Part shown: positions 8,345-12,081 of the stretch, piece after piece
Numbering within the stretch: the stretch's first letter is position 1
How the letters are laid out: the number at the start of each line of letters is the position of its first letter
Origin: Octopus sinensis
Lineage: Eukaryota
DNA: 12,081 bases
Assembly (NCBI RefSeq): GCF_006345805.1
Contig: NW_021826706.1
Coordinates: 1-12,081, forward strand
Direction of reading: 5' to 3'
Position numbers and translations under genes: made by a program
The notes under the pieces: model-generated
Database searches by the model: none
The model's input: only the letters and a program-made list of their open reading frames with translations
Told to the model about the DNA's origin: nothing

Positions 8345-8606
8345 GTATATATATATAATAATATATAATATATAATATATATATATATATATTTATATGC
8401 ATATGTAAAAAAAGACAAACTGGGACAAGAACGCTAAACATTTAGAAGACGATACAAAAAACACTGACGGGACATTCGAAGCCTTCAATCTTCAGTCAAG
8501 AACCGGATCATCCTCGCAATTTGGCTGAATAAAATGGACTGCAGACATATAAATATATACATACCTACATATATATATGTATATGTATATGTATATATAT
8601 ATATGT

Positions 8607-8644
<38 letters not shown>

Positions 8645-8667
8645 GTTATGTATATATATATTGTGTG

Positions 8668-8698
<31 letters not shown>

Positions 8699-8830
8699 AT
8701 ATATATGTGCGTGGTGTCTGTCTGTCTCTCTCTCTATGATATATACATACATGCATATATACATATACTTCTAAGTATATGTATATATATATGTATTTAT
8801 GCATTTATGCATGTATGTATATATCATAGA
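8345..8830. repeat. Degenerate (TA)n/(TATG)n field
   Basis: Seen directly. It is interrupted by the repeat fragment at 8405-8530. Confidence 0.9.
8405..8530 (-). repeat. Fragment of another interspersed repeat (possibly related to Penelope-like 3' ends)
   Basis: Recalled only: GGGACATTCGAAGCCTTCAATCTTCAGTCAAGAACCGGATCATCCTCGCAATTT resembles a common Octopus repeat. There is no second copy in the window, and the class assignment is inference. Confidence 0.35.
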
Positions 8831-9269
8831 GAGACGCAGACGCACGCATTCACAAACAGTCACATATTTATTCCACAATTTAGGCGGGTACACTGACTTC
8901 GTTATACCAAGGAGGGGCAAAGCTGGAATTCAACAGACTTTCTTTCAATTAAACATTTAAGTTAGTTTATTATCCAAATGCCACAGAAATAATATTTTGT
9001 TGTCTTTATGCAAGAAGCGACGTTTGTGATGTTGAACAAAACAATGAATGATATAAATATAAATATAAATAAATCTAAATAAATAGAAATAAGTATATGA
9101 GTATAACGACGAAAATATATACAATCGTTAATCCACCTCACCCCACCCCACCCCTACATATACATGTATTAGACATATTTATGTACGGTTTTAAAAATTC
9201 CTATTATATTAAATTTATCATTTATTGTACGACTGTGCAAATTATATGCACAAGTAACGTACGCAATGC

Positions 9270-9360
9270 AAACACACACACACATACATACATACATACA
9301 TACATACACATACATACATACATACATACATTCATACAAACATACATACATACATACATA
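9270..9360. repeat. (CA)n/(TACA)n array
   Basis: Seen directly. Confidence 0.95.
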
Positions 9361-9486
9361 CTTATATACATACGTGTACATGTATATATATTTGCGTGTC
9401 TATATATATACATACATTTACATTAGTATATACATGTGTATATATATGTATATAAACGATGTATAAATATTAACTGTCACCGATAT

Positions 9487-9497
9487 ATCTATCTTTG

Positions 9498-9588
<91 letters not shown>
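9487..9588. repeat. (TCTA)n array
   Basis: Seen directly. Confidence 0.97.
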
Positions 9589-9636
9589 ACATTTACTTTA
9601 GTATATACATATGTGTATATATTTATATATATAATA

Positions 9637-10036
9637 TACTCTTTACTCTTTTACTTGTTTCAGTCATTTGACTGCGGCCATGCTGGAGCACCGCCTTTAA
9701 TCGAGCAATTCAACCCCGGGACTTATTCTTTTGTAAGCCCAGTACTTATTCTATCGGTCTCTTTTGCTGAACCGCTAAGTAATTGGGACATAAACACACC
9801 AGCATCGGTTGTCAAGCAATGCTAGGGGGACAAACACAGACACACAAACACACACGCGCATATATATACATATATACGACAGGTTTCTTTCAGTTTCCGT
9901 CTACCAAATCCACTCACAAGGCTTTGGTCGGCCCGAGGTTTATAGTGAGAGACACTTGCCCAAGGTGCCACGCAGTGGGACTGAACCCGGAACCATGTGG
10001 TTGGTAACAAGCTACTTACCCACAACCACTCCTGCG

Positions 10037-10039
<3 letters not shown>
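9637..10039 (-). mobile_element. Full-length (about 400 bp) tRNA-derived SINE, called family A here (Octopus-type)
   Basis: Seen: the minus strand begins AGGCGCAGGAGTGGTTGTGGGTAAG, with a B-box-like GGGTTCAGTCCC. An internal TA/TG tract lies at about 9830-9876, and the 3' end is GCATGGCCGCAGTCAAATGACTGAAACAAG plus a repeated (AAGAGTA) tail. A homologous head lies at 2274-2408. Recalled: it matches a very abundant Octopus SINE. I cannot say which named family (OK/OR1/OR2) it is. Confidence 0.9.

Positions 10040-10099
<60 letters not shown>
10040..10099. repeat. Perfect (TA)n abutting the SINE 5' end
   Basis: Seen directly. Confidence 0.97.
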
Positions 10100-10102
<3 letters not shown>

Positions 10103-10297
10103 GTATGTTATATTCATACTATATGTGTCTCTGTATGTGTATTGTTTGTAGGAGTACGTGTGTGCGTGTATATATGTGTGTTTGCGTGTCCATGCGCGTG
10201 CGCCCGCCCACGCGCGTCTGTGTTTAATGAAAGTAAAAATACAATTTCAAATTACGTACAAACTTTCTGTTTCTGCTTTCCCCACCCCCTTTTGCTA

Positions 10298-10404
10298 ACG
10301 ATGACGATTATAATGAAGATGATGTTGATGATGACGATGGTGGGTGGTGGGGATGATGATGATGATGATAGCCTTCATGAAGATGAGGTGAGGATGAAGA
10401 TGAT
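10298..10404. repeat. Degenerate (GAT)n tract
   Basis: Seen directly. Confidence 0.9.
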
Positions 10405-10781
10405 GTACTGGTACTAATGAAAATCGCGTTGAGAACTTTCGTTGGATGCAACGATAACAACGAATTGCCACAACAAGAATAACAGAAATAAAGATGGCAG
10501 CAAAGACATAAATACACTGCGCAGATGCATCACACATATGCGTATCTATATATGTATATGCATCCATCTATGTATCATATATTCATATATGATATGAAAG
10601 ATATACTATGTATGTGTGTGTATATATATCTATATGTAATGTGTCATCTTACTACATATGTATGTACGTATGGTATACATGTATGAGTGTACATATGTAT
10701 ACATACATACATATATATACACACACAAATATATATATATGTACGTTATGTTTATTGAATTAATTTTCATTATATTCGCAG

Positions 10782-10863
10782 AAAATCAACTTTAAAACAA
10801 CGCTGGCATCGGTGCCTTTCAAATTGGATCAAATACACTGCACGGCAATAATAAACACCAAAG
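10782..10863 (+). other. Candidate 82-bp internal exon of an unknown gene
   Basis: Seen: branch-like TTAAT (10760-10764), a T-rich tract, acceptor CGCAG|, and donor AAG|GTAAAT. Only one frame is open (KINFKTTLASVPFKLDQIHCTAIINTK). I do not recognise the peptide. Confidence 0.28.
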
Positions 10864-10964
10864 GTAAATCGGGCGGTGTGTGTGTGTGGGAGGGGGGTCG
10901 TGAGTGGAGGGCCGGTGGTGGAGAAACATATATAAAAAAACAAAACATTTAGAACAGTAACATT

Positions 10965-11190
10965 GAGGATGATTATCACAGTGGTGATGATGGTGATGAT
11001 GATGATGTTGATGACAATATTAATATCAACAAACAAATATGATAATAATATCAACAATAATAAATATTATGATGATAAAGGAACTAACAAGAAAAGAATG
11101 CAAAAAACAAAATAATAATGAATAAATAAAAAACAACAACCTCAAACAAACAAAAAAAATCAGAACAATACAAAACAAAAAAAATAACAA
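10965..11190. repeat. (GAT)n followed by A-rich (AAT/AAC)n low-complexity sequence
   Basis: Seen directly. Confidence 0.88.
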
Positions 11191-11275
11191 TGTCACGATC
11201 ACCACCATCACTAACCCACCTCCACCGTCGCCGTCATCTCTTACTATGGCAGAAACATCAGCAATGAAAAAATCA

Positions 11276-11295
11276 ATATAAATACATACATATAC

Positions 11296-11349
<54 letters not shown>

Positions 11350-11403
11350 ATATATATTATATATATAATATATATACATATATGAAGCAAAAATAATTAC
11401 ATG

Positions 11404-11446
<43 letters not shown>

Positions 11447-11456
11447 TACATCTATG

Positions 11457-11493
<37 letters not shown>

Positions 11494-11505
11494 ATATATA
11501 TATAT
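11276..11505. repeat. (TA)n field
   Basis: Seen directly. Confidence 0.95.
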
Positions 11506-11756
11506 AGACAAATAACTAAATAATAATAACGACAGAAAACAAAAGGCATCAAAACAAAACCGAACGACACTAAAAATAACAAAAAATAACAAGAGAAAAC
11601 TAAAAAAACAAACATATAGAATGAAAAGAAAATGGCGTAAGATTGATGCGTTTCTCTGTTGTGTGTTGTAGTAAAAATATCAACTGCAAGTTATGATTGT
11701 TTTCCATTGTTTGACTAATAATCACATCCACACATACCCGCTCGCTTACACTAACC

Positions 11757-11942
11757 CTCCTCTTATCTCACTCTCTTCTATATCTGTATTTCTTTCTCTC
11801 TCTATCTCTCTCTCTCTCTCTGACTGACTGTCTTATCTCTCTCTCACACACATACACCCTCTCTTTCTCTCTGTGTCTCTGTATGTCTATCTGTCTTTCT
11901 ATTTCTGAATATCTCCTCCCCCATCCATCTCTGTTTCTCTGT
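11757..11942. repeat. Degenerate (CT)n polypyrimidine tract
   Basis: Seen directly. Confidence 0.92.
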
Positions 11943-12081
11943 GATTCCATCTTTATTATCATAAGCTACAGCATGTCCTGAAGACAAAATAATATAAAAA
12001 AAAAACTTACAAGCAAAGCAGATTATACAAACACACAACATACGCACATGTATATATATACACACACAAATATATATATAT

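Noticed and set aside
8470-8500. Hammerhead-like core on the minus strand (CUGAAGA...CGAAU GUC)
   Set aside because: Stem II does not close, GAAA is GAAU, and stem I arms are not complementary. At most it is a relic. An Infernal scan of the family consensus would settle it.
7250-9825. ORFs with LSIY/YI/HT repeats
   Set aside because: Microsatellite read-through.
9809-10417. Longest ORF (202 aa)
   Set aside because: It is a chimera of the SINE antisense strand, (TA)n and (GAT)n, with no domain-like content.

Overview
Eukaryotic, AT-rich, essentially non-coding DNA, most likely from an Octopus (cephalopod) genome. That assignment rests on my recalling two tRNA-derived SINE consensus sequences, not on a database search. 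No confident protein-coding gene is present. Most ORFs in the supplied track are read-throughs of microsatellites (poly-YI, HT, VC, LSIY). The window has three zones. The left flank (1-2540) is saturated with microsatellites. The middle (about 2270-8060) is a graveyard of retroelements: one young SINE with a target-site duplication, many decayed SINE fragments, five copies of an unclassified repeat (two forming a 154-bp tandem duplication), and decayed CR1/L2-group and probable RTE LINE fragments. The right flank (about 7240-12081) is again microsatellite-rich and holds one full-length SINE and one candidate 82-bp exon. I found no convincing new biological system. The best leads are a SINE relic whose changes create two adjacent hairpins, the clustered unclassified repeat, and the candidate exon.
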